A stretch of 64,000 nt of DNA from Protoeuglena noctilucae (lineage: Eukaryota), in the NCBI GenBank assembly GCA_958009085.1, contig OY253683.1, positions 310,001-374,000 on the forward strand. Direction: 5' to 3'. Made by a program: the position numbers and the translations under genes. Below the pieces are notes generated by a model that saw nothing but the letters and a program-made list of their open reading frames with translations, did not search any database and was not told where the DNA came from. Below, in pieces: positions 1 to 11,553 of this stretch (positions are counted from its first letter, which is position 1; the number at the start of each line of letters is the position of its first letter).

Positions 1-321
1 GGATGGTTTTGTGCCACCTAGCGCCGCCGATGGCGTGGAGCGGGACCCCTGCGCTCCGTGGGGCGTGGGGGAAGGTCTCCCAGCGCGGGGGCCGCGCTGG
101 CGGGGACCCCGCGGTCACCACCCGATGGCTGGGTCGCGGCATGTTGCGGTGGCGCGCTCGGCCCGGCGCTTGCGCCCTGGAGCGCGGCATCCGGGGCACG
201 GCCGGCGCGCGCCGATGAACGCGTCTCGCCGCGCTCGTGGGGCCACGCCGCCGTCGCCCCGAGCCCCCGTGCACATTAGGGACGTTCGCAGAGCGCAACC
301 CCGCCTCCTTCCGTCGCGCAG

Positions 322-677
322 GATTGCCCAGATCTACGCCATCCGCCAGGCCATCTGCAAGGCCATCGTGTCCTTCTACCAGAAGTACGTGGACGAGTCG
401 TCCAAGAACGAGATCAAGGCGAGCTCCCGCGCCAGGGGCCTCCTCGCGCCGCGCCCTGGGCACGCACACGCCGGGGCGATGGAGCACCTGCATGGCGCTG
501 TGGACGTCGCAGTGGCAGGTGGTGGCGCCGCGACGCAGCCCATTCGCTTCCCATCATCTGCAGGAGGTGCTGCTGAACTACGACCGCTCCCTCCTGGTGG
601 CGGACCCCCGCCGGTGCGAGCCCAAGAAGTTCGGCGGCCGGGGCGCCCGCGCCCGGTTCCAGAAGTCCTACCGCTAA
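322..677 (+). CDS. RPS16: 40S ribosomal protein S16 (uS9), last two exons (322-418, 564-677); 5' part lies upstream of these exons, probably outside the window
   Basis: [32 protein letters not shown] joins [37 protein letters not shown], the eukaryotic uS9 C-terminus. The intron at 419-563 is GC-AG. Confidence 0.96.
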
Positions 678-1010
678 ACGAGGTGAGAGGAAGTGGCAGG
701 CTCTGTGCATTTTGAGCCGCTATTGTGTCGCAGCAGCCCCAGGGGACGAGCTTGACCTGGGCTCGCGCATCGCTCGCAGGACTGTGGGGCGGGGGGCGCT
801 CAACGGTAGCCAGCCACCAGGGTCGGAGCCGAGCATCGCCCTCTCGTTCGGCGCCGCCGCGCTGCCTGCCTGGCCTGGCTGCGGTCCCTTTGCCCGCCCA
901 CCCGCATAGCCTCTCGCTCCTGGTGCATGTTCGTTGGCCAGGCGACACCGCATGGGGTGAAGACGGGCGGGCCGCCCGCTTTTGAAGCCGTGGACTACTT
1001 CACACGCTCG

Positions 1011-1882
1011 CTAGATTCGCATGTCCGACATGTATGCCTCGGTGACGCCGCGGTGGATGGCAGATTCGAGCGCCTGCGGATCCACGCCCCGGCTCAGCGT
1101 GGGCTTGGGGAGCTCCCGCCGCCTCTCGACCCCGCCGCCCACCCCGGCCTTCACGGCGGCCTGCTCGATCAAAAGGCCTTTCATTCGCTCCTTCAGCGCC
1201 CTCTTCCTGCACGATAGTAAGGTGGGGAGCTCAATCTCGGCCAGCCCCAAGTCACCGACACCACCCGGAGACCGGAAAGGCCTGGCAGAACGCCCCGCGC
1301 ATGTCAGCGCCCGATACTCACCGTGCCTTGGAGCCCAGGCCCTTGGACGTCGTGCGGCTCTGGGAACGCAGCTCCCTCATCTTCGATCTTATGGCGCGGC
1401 TCATCCTTACTCCCAGCCTGCGAATCCAAGAGAGGCAGCTCGGTCACGCCGGCAGGGTCGCGGCTGCCCACCGCCCTGCACGCTTGGCCCCGCCCCTTGC
1501 GCCCGCACTTGTGCTTGGCGCGCCCAGTGACGGGCGGCTGTTCTCGGGACGTGGACGGAGGGGACTCGTCGTTCGGCGTCGTCGGAACCCTGCTTGTCAC
1601 ATCCACGCGCTCCAGGTCGTCCGTTGCCATGGCCTCGTCGCCCGACTCGTCCGAATCGTCCTCGCGCACGGCGCGACCGCCCATGCCTGGGAACGGCAGA
1701 GCGGAGTTGTCATTGACGCACGCAACGGCATCGATTCTTGTGCCCCAGCCAACCCGGCCCCCGTCGATTTCACCTGTCAACTCAGCCGCCGCCGCCTCCT
1801 GATCATCCCCCGCATCTTCTCGCCGCGCCTTTCTGCTGCGAGCGCGCTTGACCTTCTTGCGCTTCGCGTAACCAGCTTTCAT
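1011..1882 (-). CDS. Hypothetical protein with basic N-terminus and acidic middle, probably two exons
   Basis: ORF 1304-1909 (ATG at 1882, MKAGYAKRKKVKRARSRK...) and ORF 1011-1250 both look coding. A GTGAGT donor lies at 1321, but I could not resolve an in-frame junction. Confidence 0.4.
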
Positions 1883-2221
1883 CCCCCAAACTGAGCCCTG
1901 TTGACGCAAAAGCTCGGGCCAAGCACGTGCTGTATCCTGCCGCTGCCAAGTGCGCTAGCCGAGCCCTGACGACGATGGCAGCTTTGGATGACATGGAGAA
2001 GATATTGCTGGGCGACATGGCGAATCCTAGATTGCTTGCCGCCCCTGACAGCTGCGCACTTGCGCCTGAACCGCAGCTGACCAATGGGCTATCCGCGGCG
2101 AGTGCCCCGTGCATGGCGCCATGGCTGAGTTCCATGCGTTTGCGCCGAGACCGCAAATCATCTCGCAGCGCCCGGGGCCTTGCACCTGCTGAAGAAGCTT
2201 GGCTTCGTTGCGTCGCCATTC

Positions 2222-3998
2222 ATGGCGTCCCCTCCGGGCGCGTCCGCACCGGGCCACCGATTGAAGGCGCACGAGATGGTCCCGGCCGAGACCTTCCACG
2301 ACCTCATCGCGCGCTTCACGATGCACTTGCCCGCGGAGGACATCGAGGACCCCGTCCGCCTCATGTTCAGCGTCGAGGAGGCTTGGTGGTTTTACGAGGA
2401 CTTCCTGAGGAACGTCGACGGGTCCCTGTCGAAGCTGGAGCTCGTGGACTTCGCCCGCGGGCTCTTCCAGCACTCGCCACGCTTCGAGATGCACAGGGGG
2501 AGGGAGGAGGAGTTGCGCCGCGAGTTTGGAGCTTACAAGAGAGTGGTGGTGAGGCGCTGCGCGGTCGGGACGCGCGCGCAGCGAGCGATCCGCCTACCGT
2601 GCCCTTCCCAACCTGCCAGGGGTCGGCCCCGCCTCGCAGCCCGTGTGCGGCGCAATTCTGCTCAACCCCGCGATGGACAAATGTCTTCTGGTGCGCGGGC
2701 TGAAGACCAACGACCACTGGATGTTTCCCCGCGGCAAGCGGGCCAACAACGAGACGGACGCCGAGTGCGCGTCGCGGGAGGTTTTGGAGGAGACGGGGAT
2801 CGACCTGGCGATCGTGGAGGGAGAGACACCGTACATTGAGGTGACCACTTACTGGGAGGGCGGCAGAGATGGCAACTAGGAGGGCCTTCTGGGCAGGCTC
2901 CTGCAGCTCAAGGCTCGAGACAGCTCAAGCCCCGTCTCGTCTGCAGAAGCACAACGGCGAGCAGCGCATGCGGCTCTTCATCGTGCCGGGCATCGACGAG
3001 TCGACGGCGTTTGCGCCCAAGTGCCGGGGCGAGATTGGCGCCTACGCGTGGCATCTGATCGACGAGCTGCCCCGGACGCACGGGGAGGCGACGAACGTGT
3101 ACCTGGACAGCGAGGGCAAGCGCCACCGCTTCTACATGGTGTGGCAGTTCATCGGGGACCTCGTGAAGTGGCTCCGGGTCCCGCCCAAGGGCAAGAGGGC
3201 GGCGGAGGATGCGGGTGGGGCGGACGGCAAGAGGGAGGCGCGAGCAAGGCGGGCGCAGGACGGCGTGGGCCCCTCGACGCCCGTGAAGCCGGTGGACGTG
3301 GTCAGGGTCGAGGCGAAGAAGGCCAAGAAAGGCGGAGACAAGGGCGCGGAGGCGGCCACGAGTCAGCCGCAAGCGGAGGGCAAGAAGGCCAAGAAGGGTG
3401 CCAACGGCGCGAAGGCGGTGGCGGCAACAGAGGCGGCCGTGCCGGCGGTGGCGCAGCCGGAGGGGAAGAAGGCTAAGAAGAACGGCGGCAAGGTGGCAAC
3501 CGAGACGGTCGTGCCCAAGGTGACTTGCTTGCTTGGATTGCCGGGGATATGGTATGGGTCAAGTGTTTTCCGCACGCTTTGGCGCATGCCTCAGCGTCTG
3601 CTTTCCCGCGCCACGCAGGCTGCAGCCGTGCAACCGGCCGAGGCGCCTAAGGTGGCACCACCAAAGGCGAAGGCGAAGCAGGAAGTGACCCCAGTTGGAC
3701 GGGCAGAGGGGCGCATGCAGCCATCAACGAACGTGGCCCCCGCTCCCGCTGCCAGTCAGAAGGCCGCCGAGGTGAAGGTGGGTCGTGCATGGGCAAGCGG
3801 ATGGTTGTTATTATGTTGGGTATGGTTGTGGACCCATGTAACCCCTGGCAGTGCCTGCAGGGAGCTGGAGGGGCGCCCTCTCTGTTACGCAAGGCACAGG
3901 AGGCGCTGGCGGCCCTGGCGTCGTTCAGCGGTGTGTTCGATTCGTTCCAATTCGACGTGCGGAGGGTCAAGGCGGCTTGCAGCTCTGCGGCGGCCTAG
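2222..3998 (+). CDS. DCP2: mRNA decapping enzyme DCP2 (Box A plus Nudix domain), multi-exon
   Basis: Box A DLIARF...RLMFSVEEAWWFYEDF; PVCGAILLN; Nudix box FPRGKRANNETDAECASREVLEETG; EIGAYAWH; plant-like C-terminal FDSFQFDV motif; TAG at 3996-3998. Confidence 0.93.
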
Positions 3999-4606
3999 GC
4001 CCCCTGGTCGGCGCCCACACGCGAGAGGGCGTCCGACGCCGCCTTCTGCAGCGCGTCCACGAGGTCCCGGCTCCTCTGCACGGTCTGCCTGGCGTCCGAT
4101 GTGCGGCGCCCGAGGTCCGCGGCACTTGCGAGGGCCTGGGCAAACGCGCCCTCCACGCTATCTGCGGCCAGGGTCGTTTCCACCGCTTCGTGATCCTTTC
4201 CTTGCTCCTATCCCTTCCATGCTCTCGCCCTGCGCGCATCTCACGGTGCATGGCCAGCAGCAGCTCCCCCAGGGACGCCTGGGCCCGCTCCAGCGCCGCG
4301 GCCGCCTTCTGGCTAATAGCCTCCAGCAGCGATTCGTAGGCAGCGTATTCCTCCACGACCTGCGCGAGCCTCTCTTTCATTTCCGGCGAGAGGCTCGAGG
4401 CATGCGCAGAAATTTCCTCGTTCATCTGGGGGGAGGGCAGTGCTGCTGCATCCGGGGCGGCGCTGCTGCGAGCCCTGCCCGCCCTTCCGATAATTGGCTG
4501 TTTGCATGCGTCGTGTGGGTGGGCCCGCGTTCACGAATGCATGTCCAGAGCGCCTACTTTCGGCTGCGCGCTTGCTGACCTCGACGCCCTGGCTCGGGGC
4601 ATCCAT
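3995..4606 (-). CDS. Small helical/coiled-coil hypothetical protein, probably three exons
   Basis: ATG at 4606 (MDAPSQG), then coding-like segments EEISAHASSLSPEMKERLAQVVEEYAAYESLLEAISQKAAAALERAQ and ETTLAADSVEGAF...DQGA* with high GC3. The last junction is weak. Confidence 0.55.
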
Positions 4607-4911
4607 CTTTGCTCGTCTTGCGGACGCGTTATTTAAAAAAGAGTTCGTGAAGTGCGTTCTCCGGCCGGGGAGCGTCGGGCTATTGAGCGGCAAACCTATT
4701 TTCTCGTCAGAACACAGTGAGGGCTTGTCACTCGTTTTGATGCGGAAATAGGCAACAGGAAAACCCGCATTGCTGCCGGGTAGAGAAGAGGAGGCGCAGA
4801 GGCTGTGTAGAGGCAATAACCACGGACCATGGTCATTGCACGGGGCGGACGGATGACGCTCCGTCCTGCGTTCCGGTGGGGTAGGCAAGCATCACATCTC
4901 TGCGCGTCACA

Positions 4912-7900
4912 TCACGGCATGTCGTGGCTCTTGGCCCTGGCGAGCTTGGCGATGTCGATGAAGACGTCTTCGAGCGACGCGTGCCGCATGGCCCAATCCA
5001 CGACCCCGCTGCCGCATGCCACGGCCGCCTCCATCGCCTGCAGCGGTGCCGAGCGCAGTTCGTCGTATGCCCGCCCCGGTCCCGGCGCAGGGCCGGCCAT
5101 TGTTCCGCACTGCGCGTCTCACCGCGAACACGGCCGCCAGGGAGACGCCCTCCGCGGGTATGCGGTACCGCCGGGTGCATGCAACCTCTTGCACCAAGGT
5201 GGCGTGGGGACTGATGGACGCCACGAGGGCGTCCGCCGCGCGCTGCACCTCCTCGCGCCCCTCGGCATCTTCACGTCCCTCCGTCACCACGGTCAGGATC
5301 ACGTAACCCCCGTACCTGGCTGAGATCTCTCGGGGGTGGCTGAGGGTGAAGAGTTCCCCGTCGATGAAGATGCCCAGCCGATCGCAGAGCACCTCCGCCT
5401 CCTGCGAAGCCAGGTGGGGGTTGTGAGTCATGGACACGCGCATGCCAAAGCGACGGCGTGGTGTACAGCCGGAGAGCCCCAGGCGCCAAGCTGTGTCATG
5501 CCCCGCACCAGCCCACCAGGGGGAGTCACCAAGGTGCGCATTGACCCACGTCCCTCTGTGCGTGCTCGCCTGCATTGAGTGCGTCGTGATGATGACCGCC
5601 TTGTCCTTCTTGGCCTGCTTCACCACGTCCCACAAGTTGCGCCGCGAGGCAGGGTCCAGCCCCGTGGACGGCTCGTCCATGAACACCACCCTGGGAAGAA
5701 CACAAGAAGGAGATGGCGCGGCTGCGTTGGAGCTAACAGGGACCCAGTAAAAGGCCCACGCAAGCCAGGCACTGCTGCGCCCTCAACCTCCCACCTGGGG
5801 CTACCAATGATCGACATGGCCACCGACAGCCTGCGCCGCATGCCGCCGGAGTACGTCCCCACGAGCCGGTCCGCGGCCGCGGAGAGGTTCACGGCACGCA
5901 GCGCGTCGTCCACGTCGCTTATCAGCCGCGAGGGCGGAAGGTTCTTGAGGCGCCCGTAGAACTCCAGATGCTCGCGGCCGGTGAGGCGGGCCCAGACGGT
6001 GTCGTGCTGGGGGCAGACGCCCACAAGCGTGTAGATGGTGTCCAGGTCCTGCATGATGTCCAGGCCCTCGATGTACGCCGTCCCAGCCGTGGGCTCCAGG
6101 AACCCCACGAGCATGTTGAGGGCCGTCGTCTTGCCTGCGAATGGGCCACAAGATGGGCAGGTTTGAATGAATGATGCGCGGATGCTGTGGGTAAAGCCCT
6201 CAACATGCTCAACATGGTAGGACTGGTGGGTGCCATCACTCCTCAACGGCCGCCATCGAGGGTTGGCTCAGCAAGGGGCCGCAGTCGAAGTCCCTCCCCG
6301 GCGACAATAACGCCTCACCCGCCCCGTTGGGCCCGACAAGGCCGACCACTTCGCCCCGGCGGACGGCCAGGGACAGGTGCCTCACAGCCACCTTCTCCGG
6401 ATGGCCCCCCACCGCCGGGAAGACCTTCTGCAGGCCCTCGGCGATGACAGGGTGCGTGCCGCGCGCCGCAGGTGCGATGTCGTCCACGGCTCTCTCCTCC
6501 CGGGCCACCTCCTCTGATTTGTAGACATTCTCGCTGAGGGGCGCAGGCGTGCGGTCCCGCTTGTACCCCCGGGACCGTCCCAGGTGCCCCAGGAAGAAGA
6601 GCCAGTGGCGCCGCACCCCGACCGAGCTGTCCAGCACCTGCATAGGAGGATGTGAAGAGGAGCAGCATCGCACCTGAAGGGACAGAGTTGCAGGGCATTG
6701 TACCTGCCGGTCCCCACAGCAGCGCGCACGTGGCGTGCTCTCCGCTAGCTGCATGCGTGCCATGTGTGTCTGCCCTCGCCTGCTCGAGGTACCACGCGAG
6801 CGCGGTGAGGACGACGAACTCCGCCACGAAGACGCCCAGCACGCGCGGCACGCCCATGTTGGGGTCGTGCATGTCGCCCCATCCCAGCCCGCTCTGGCCC
6901 CGGTACTGCCCGCGGAAGGCGAAGGCGGACATCTCGTACAGGACGCGGTAAACGCCGAAGCTGGGGATGAGCTCGAGTACGGGCACGAACGACCGGCGGC
7001 CGTCGATGAAGGTCTGCATGATGTTGCCGGCGACGACGCCGCAGAGCAGGACCCAAAGGTAGGCGGCGGAGAGCCCGGTGCGGCTGGACTGGAAGAGGCT
7101 GGACATCAGGAAGCCCTGGCCCACCATGGCGTGGACGGCGGTCAGGTAGAACAGGATCTGGAGGGAGTAGCTCGTCTTGCGGAAGAAGTTGAGGCCAATC
7201 GCAGATCCGAACGCCATCATTGCCAGGCAGTACACGAACCACACCAGCGCCCACCACAGGTACATGACGATCCTGCAGGGGATTGACAACGCAAGGTGTT
7301 GGTCTGGATAGCGACGCGGGGCAGTGCATGCATGAGAGCCGACGCTGTCTGTCAATAGCCCCTCATGCTTGGTGGCCGGTGCAGTGACTCGCCAGTAGGT
7401 GTTGCTGCTGAGCCCGTGCATCTTCATCATGACCCGCAAGCGCTGCTCCTTCTCATACACGAGGGCCTGGACCATCACTGCGGCAGAGGAGAGGCAACGT
7501 GGTCAGCGTCACCAACCGTTAACGCCCATTCCCGTTCTCAGTCACAACGGGTCGGTGGGGCCCTGGCTTGCCTGGCAGGGGCAGGCCGATGACCCAGACG
7601 AAGAAGGACGGGCCGAGGAGGGACGAGAAGTCCAAAAGGAGTCTGCTCTCGCGTTTGGGCATCTCCGACTCGTAGGTCTGTGCACAGGCCCGGGGCGGGT
7701 TGAAGCTTATGAGAGGCACTGGCGTCAACACGTATGCCAGCCATGGTATCTGCTGCCATGGTATTGCTTCCATGGTATCTGCTGCTCCTCGCCTGGGTGA
7801 CAGAGTACTGGGCACCGAGGTAGTCCGCCAGCCACGCGTTGACGGCCATGTTGATGGGCTTGGTCCACCGTTGGAACCTCTCCAGCCCCGATCCTGTATG

Positions 7901-9715
7901 CATGAACCGGCAAGGCTAGTGTCAGTCGCAGCCTTGACACAGGGCAGTGGTGCACAGAGCACTGGTGCCCCCTACCGGCAGGTCATACTGGCAGGTCAAG
8001 TCACGACCCCAGTACTTCCCTTACGTGCTGTGATGTCACTGCCCTGGCACTCGCCTGACGTGCTGTTGCGGACGTTGTCGAGCCAGAACCGCACGCGGAG
8101 CTTGCCGGGGCCCGAGTCTCGCCAGTCGACGGCGGCGGGGTACCGATACGAGAACAGCCGAGGGCTGCCGCACCCGGTGGCGCCCTTGAAGGCGCAGAAG
8201 AGCTCGCCCTGGATGTCTGCGATGCGCGGGCAAGAGGGCGTTTTCAGAAGTGGCATTTTGCATGCCACCAATGCCGGGGCGTGACGTGCGTGTGCTCACC
8301 ATGCGCCGTCGCCCGTGGCTGCAGGTCCGCTTCCGCGCAGGTGAGGAACTTGAGGCCCTCGAAGGAGAACCACACCAGGTCGAGCCTGCTGGTGTCTATC
8401 TTGGTCCCCAGGATGGTCATGTTCTGAAGGAAATGGGTACGAATGTCAACCGATAACCAAGGCAGGGTGTGGCGCATCACAATGGCCAAGGGTCAGCCGT
8501 TGATGAGCTTCGCGAAGCACAAGCGCACTCAAGCACGTGCGGCTCACCAGCGCAGGGATGCCTCCGTTCAGGGCCCCCCATGCCAGCACGTCGGTGCAGT
8601 TCTTTGTGAGGATGGTCAACGGCGCCATGGACCCCAGCCCGGCCCACGCGAGGTCCACCTCAATCGTCGGCGCGCCCGGGAACTGCAGCCAGGAATCACT
8701 GCATCCTCAGCTGCACGCTCACCCTGCTCGTCTTTCCAGCGCCCCGTGGCTACGAACGGGCAGCTATGTGCGAGCTCGATGCATCAGCGCAGCTCACCCG
8801 GACTGGGGTGGAGAGCAGCCCAGCGACGTCGATATTGTCGGCCATGGCGCCGGCCGCCCCGCGGGCGAACGTGTAGGCGGTGAAGGCGGTCGACAGCGAG
8901 TCCTGCAGGCCCCCACGCAGCATCGTGGAGCTGAGGGCGGCCCCCGACGGCGGGCCACCGGTCCCAGGGAAGGGCGGCAGCATGGCGTCTGTGTAGGCCG
9001 ATGCCTGGGTCAGGTTGGCGCCCGTGTGCAGCATGGGTACTTTGGGGCCATACGCGGGGTCCCTGTAATTGAGCTGCAGGAGCATGGGGGGTTGAGGTGG
9101 GTGCACGCACAGAGATGCTAGTACTATGCCAAGTGGGAGGCGCTCTTACCCATGGAATGAAATACAGAGGCGGCCAGCGTGCCGGATCTGGGACGGCGCA
9201 GAAGGACGCCTGGATGCCGGTGGAGTACTCGACGCCAGTAACCGAGGGGTCGAACTGCTTGCTGCGTGGGCAGAAGAGCGGCACGAGAGATGACGGGACG
9301 GCTGGGCTGTGAGCCGCGGGGCATCTTGCTCCTGGTGCCTCACCAGTACGTCTGAGTTAGGTCGCAGGGCTTGGCGGGCGTGGCTGCGTAGCAGCCCTCG
9401 GTCAGCGCCGCGTTGGTGCAGCACTCGTTGCATTTGTGGCCGCACTTGAGGTTCCTGTTGTTCAGCAGAAGGCGATTCACCACCACCTGGATGATCAGCA
9501 TGATGAGGCAGAAGAGGATGGGCATGGAGATGAGCCTGCGGCGGCGTTAGCTTGGTAGTTCAACAGGAAGCGGACAACAAGGCCCGTTCTCTGCTCACCC
9601 GTGGCCCCCAGCCTAACCTGATGTTCTGTCGCACGTCTCGTCGCTGCAGGCGCATTTGGTTGCGGAAGAGCGCCACGGCCTGGCCGCGAAAAGACGCACG
9701 AAGGCGCGTCGGCAT
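4912..9715 (-). CDS. ABC transporter subfamily A (single TMD-NBD, plant ABCA/ATH-like), many exons; start may lie slightly upstream
   Basis: Walker A GPNGAGKTT (split by an intron), GVCPQHD, signature YSGGMRRRLSVA, Walker B VFMDEPSTGLDP, H-loop TTHSMQEAEVLCDR, LVYEKEQRLRVMMKMHGL, C-terminal SLEDVF. Confidence 0.93.
7741..7785. repeat. Three near-tandem 14-15 nt units (CCATGGTATCTGCTG) inside an ABCA intron
   Basis: ccatggtatctgctg / ccatggtattgctt / ccatggtatctgctg read directly from the sequence. Confidence 0.8.
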
Positions 9716-10176
9716 TGCCGGGCCCCCCTGCGGCGCTCCCGCATCGCCCGTGCTCGACGACGCCTGCGACGCCTGCGCAAACGAGACGTGCTTCCTTTTC
9801 AGGTCGGTGCGTCGAGAACAAACCTCAAACCTCACCTTTAATGATATTCATCGTCGTGCGTCTCTTGCTACCCCGAGCTCACCGACGCCATCTCAGCCGC
9901 ACCAGTGGCGCTACCAGGCGCTATTGGTGTGCCCATGGCAACTCAAGCGCCTTCCGCTTACAGGCGGCGACGGCGCAGCTCGTCACTGCATGGTTCAACA
10001 AGATACATGGGGAATATGTGGCGTTACCGAGCTCGCGGCCGCTAGACACTCGGCATTCCTAGTCCGTCGTCAAGATTGCGAAAAGATGGCGTTCACCGAA
10101 CGCACAGATGCGGAGGCCCACAGTGCTGGCAGCGACTCTGCCAGCGCGGGCCAGTCTCAGCGAGCGTGGGCCAGCC

Positions 10177-11295
10177 TCAGTCGCGCGTGACGGGCCGCTC
10201 GGCCCTGACCCACTCCGCCATCCCGCCGTCGAGGACCTTGATGTTCTGCTTGATGCCGAAAAGGTCGGCGGCGTAGGCGGCGATCAGGGACCGCGACTGC
10301 CGGCCGAAGGGGTTGGCGTCCGTCGGCGTGAGCGTGCCGCCGATCTGGCACACGAAGACGGCCTCGCGGCTCCCTGCGAGGGCCTCTCTGAGCGTGTCCT
10401 CGAAGGCCTCGTTGAACTCGGTGCCGTTCGCGATGCCGAAGAAAGCGAAGGCCGCACGACGCAGCGTCTGCCACGCGGTCCAGCCGTTGATGAGCTGGAA
10501 CACCGGGACGCTCACGGCACCTGCGCAGGCGGGCGTGCAGCGCAGGGACGCATTGAGGTTTGCAAAGTGGTGGCTGCCAAGAGGCGTTCCCTCTGCGAGC
10601 TGCATTCGCCATGACTGTCCACAAGGCCCAGGGCAGCATGGCTGGAGCATCGGCTACCCTTCTCGACGCACCTTCGATGCGGCCCTGCCTATACTGGTCC
10701 TCTGGCCTGACATCGATGATGGGCACGCCCTTGCGCTGGAGCGCGATGAGCTCGTCTGCTGAGATGAACTGGAGCTTCTTTCCCTGCAAGACCCTCTGCA
10801 GGCAGTGAGACAGGAGGCGGGGGTCGGCCCCTGTCCGTCGCACAAGCAGCAGGACTCCCTGTGCCACCTGCCCAACACATACCGACATCGCCTCCCACGC
10901 CTTGGGGCTCGTCGGGCGAAATCCGTTCACGTTGAGCTTCTCCGCGCTGCCCCCGCCCGCGGAACCTGCAGGGAGTCTGGGGTGCTCATCGCGCGGGTGT
11001 CGCTCTCCAATTCAGTTCCGCTTGCTTCGAGCCATGGGATACGAGATGCCTCTCTATCCCGCTATCACCTCTGACGGGAGCCTCCGTGTCGCTCTTCAGC
11101 GCCCTCCTCTCCACGACCCTGGGGAGGCAGGTAGGTGGGCGATCGCGCCAGGCCGGGAGGGGGCCCGGCAGGATGTGGCGAGCGGAGCGGAACTCACCTG
11201 CGCGGCGCTGAGATCCGCTCCGTTTGCCCGTGCCCCCAGCCCATGACCGGTCGGTGCGGAAGCGCACACGGGCGCATTTGGGCCGTCGGCGCCAT
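10177..11295 (-). CDS. Chloroplast-type rhodanese-like domain protein (STR14-like), about five exons
   Basis: IIDVRPEDQYRQGRIEGAVSVP, LRRAAFAFFG..NGTEFN, active-site loop VCQIGGT, GRQSRSLIAAY, LDGGMAEW. The first exon from ATG 11295 resembles a transit peptide. Confidence 0.88.
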
Positions 11296-11553
11296 TTCCC
11301 GGTCACCACAACGAGATCACCACCAGCGGTCCCAGGGTCGCTCGAGGCGCGTCTGCCTGTCGTTTTCCTGCCCGACCTGCTCGCTGCTTGACGTTTCCTA
11401 CCCATCGGCGCCCGCGAGATCCCGAATCGCTCGACGTGGACGGGCCAAGTTTCAATGCCAGAAACTTCACGGGGCGCCAGGCGTCCTTCGCGCCCGTGGG
11501 TTCCGACAGTCCCAGACCTCCGCCCCCGTCATCGCACCGAGATACGTGGAAAG

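Noticed and set aside
1..321. Possible intronic snoRNA upstream of the RPS16 exons
   Set aside because: No convincing C/D box pair or H/ACA architecture visible by eye.
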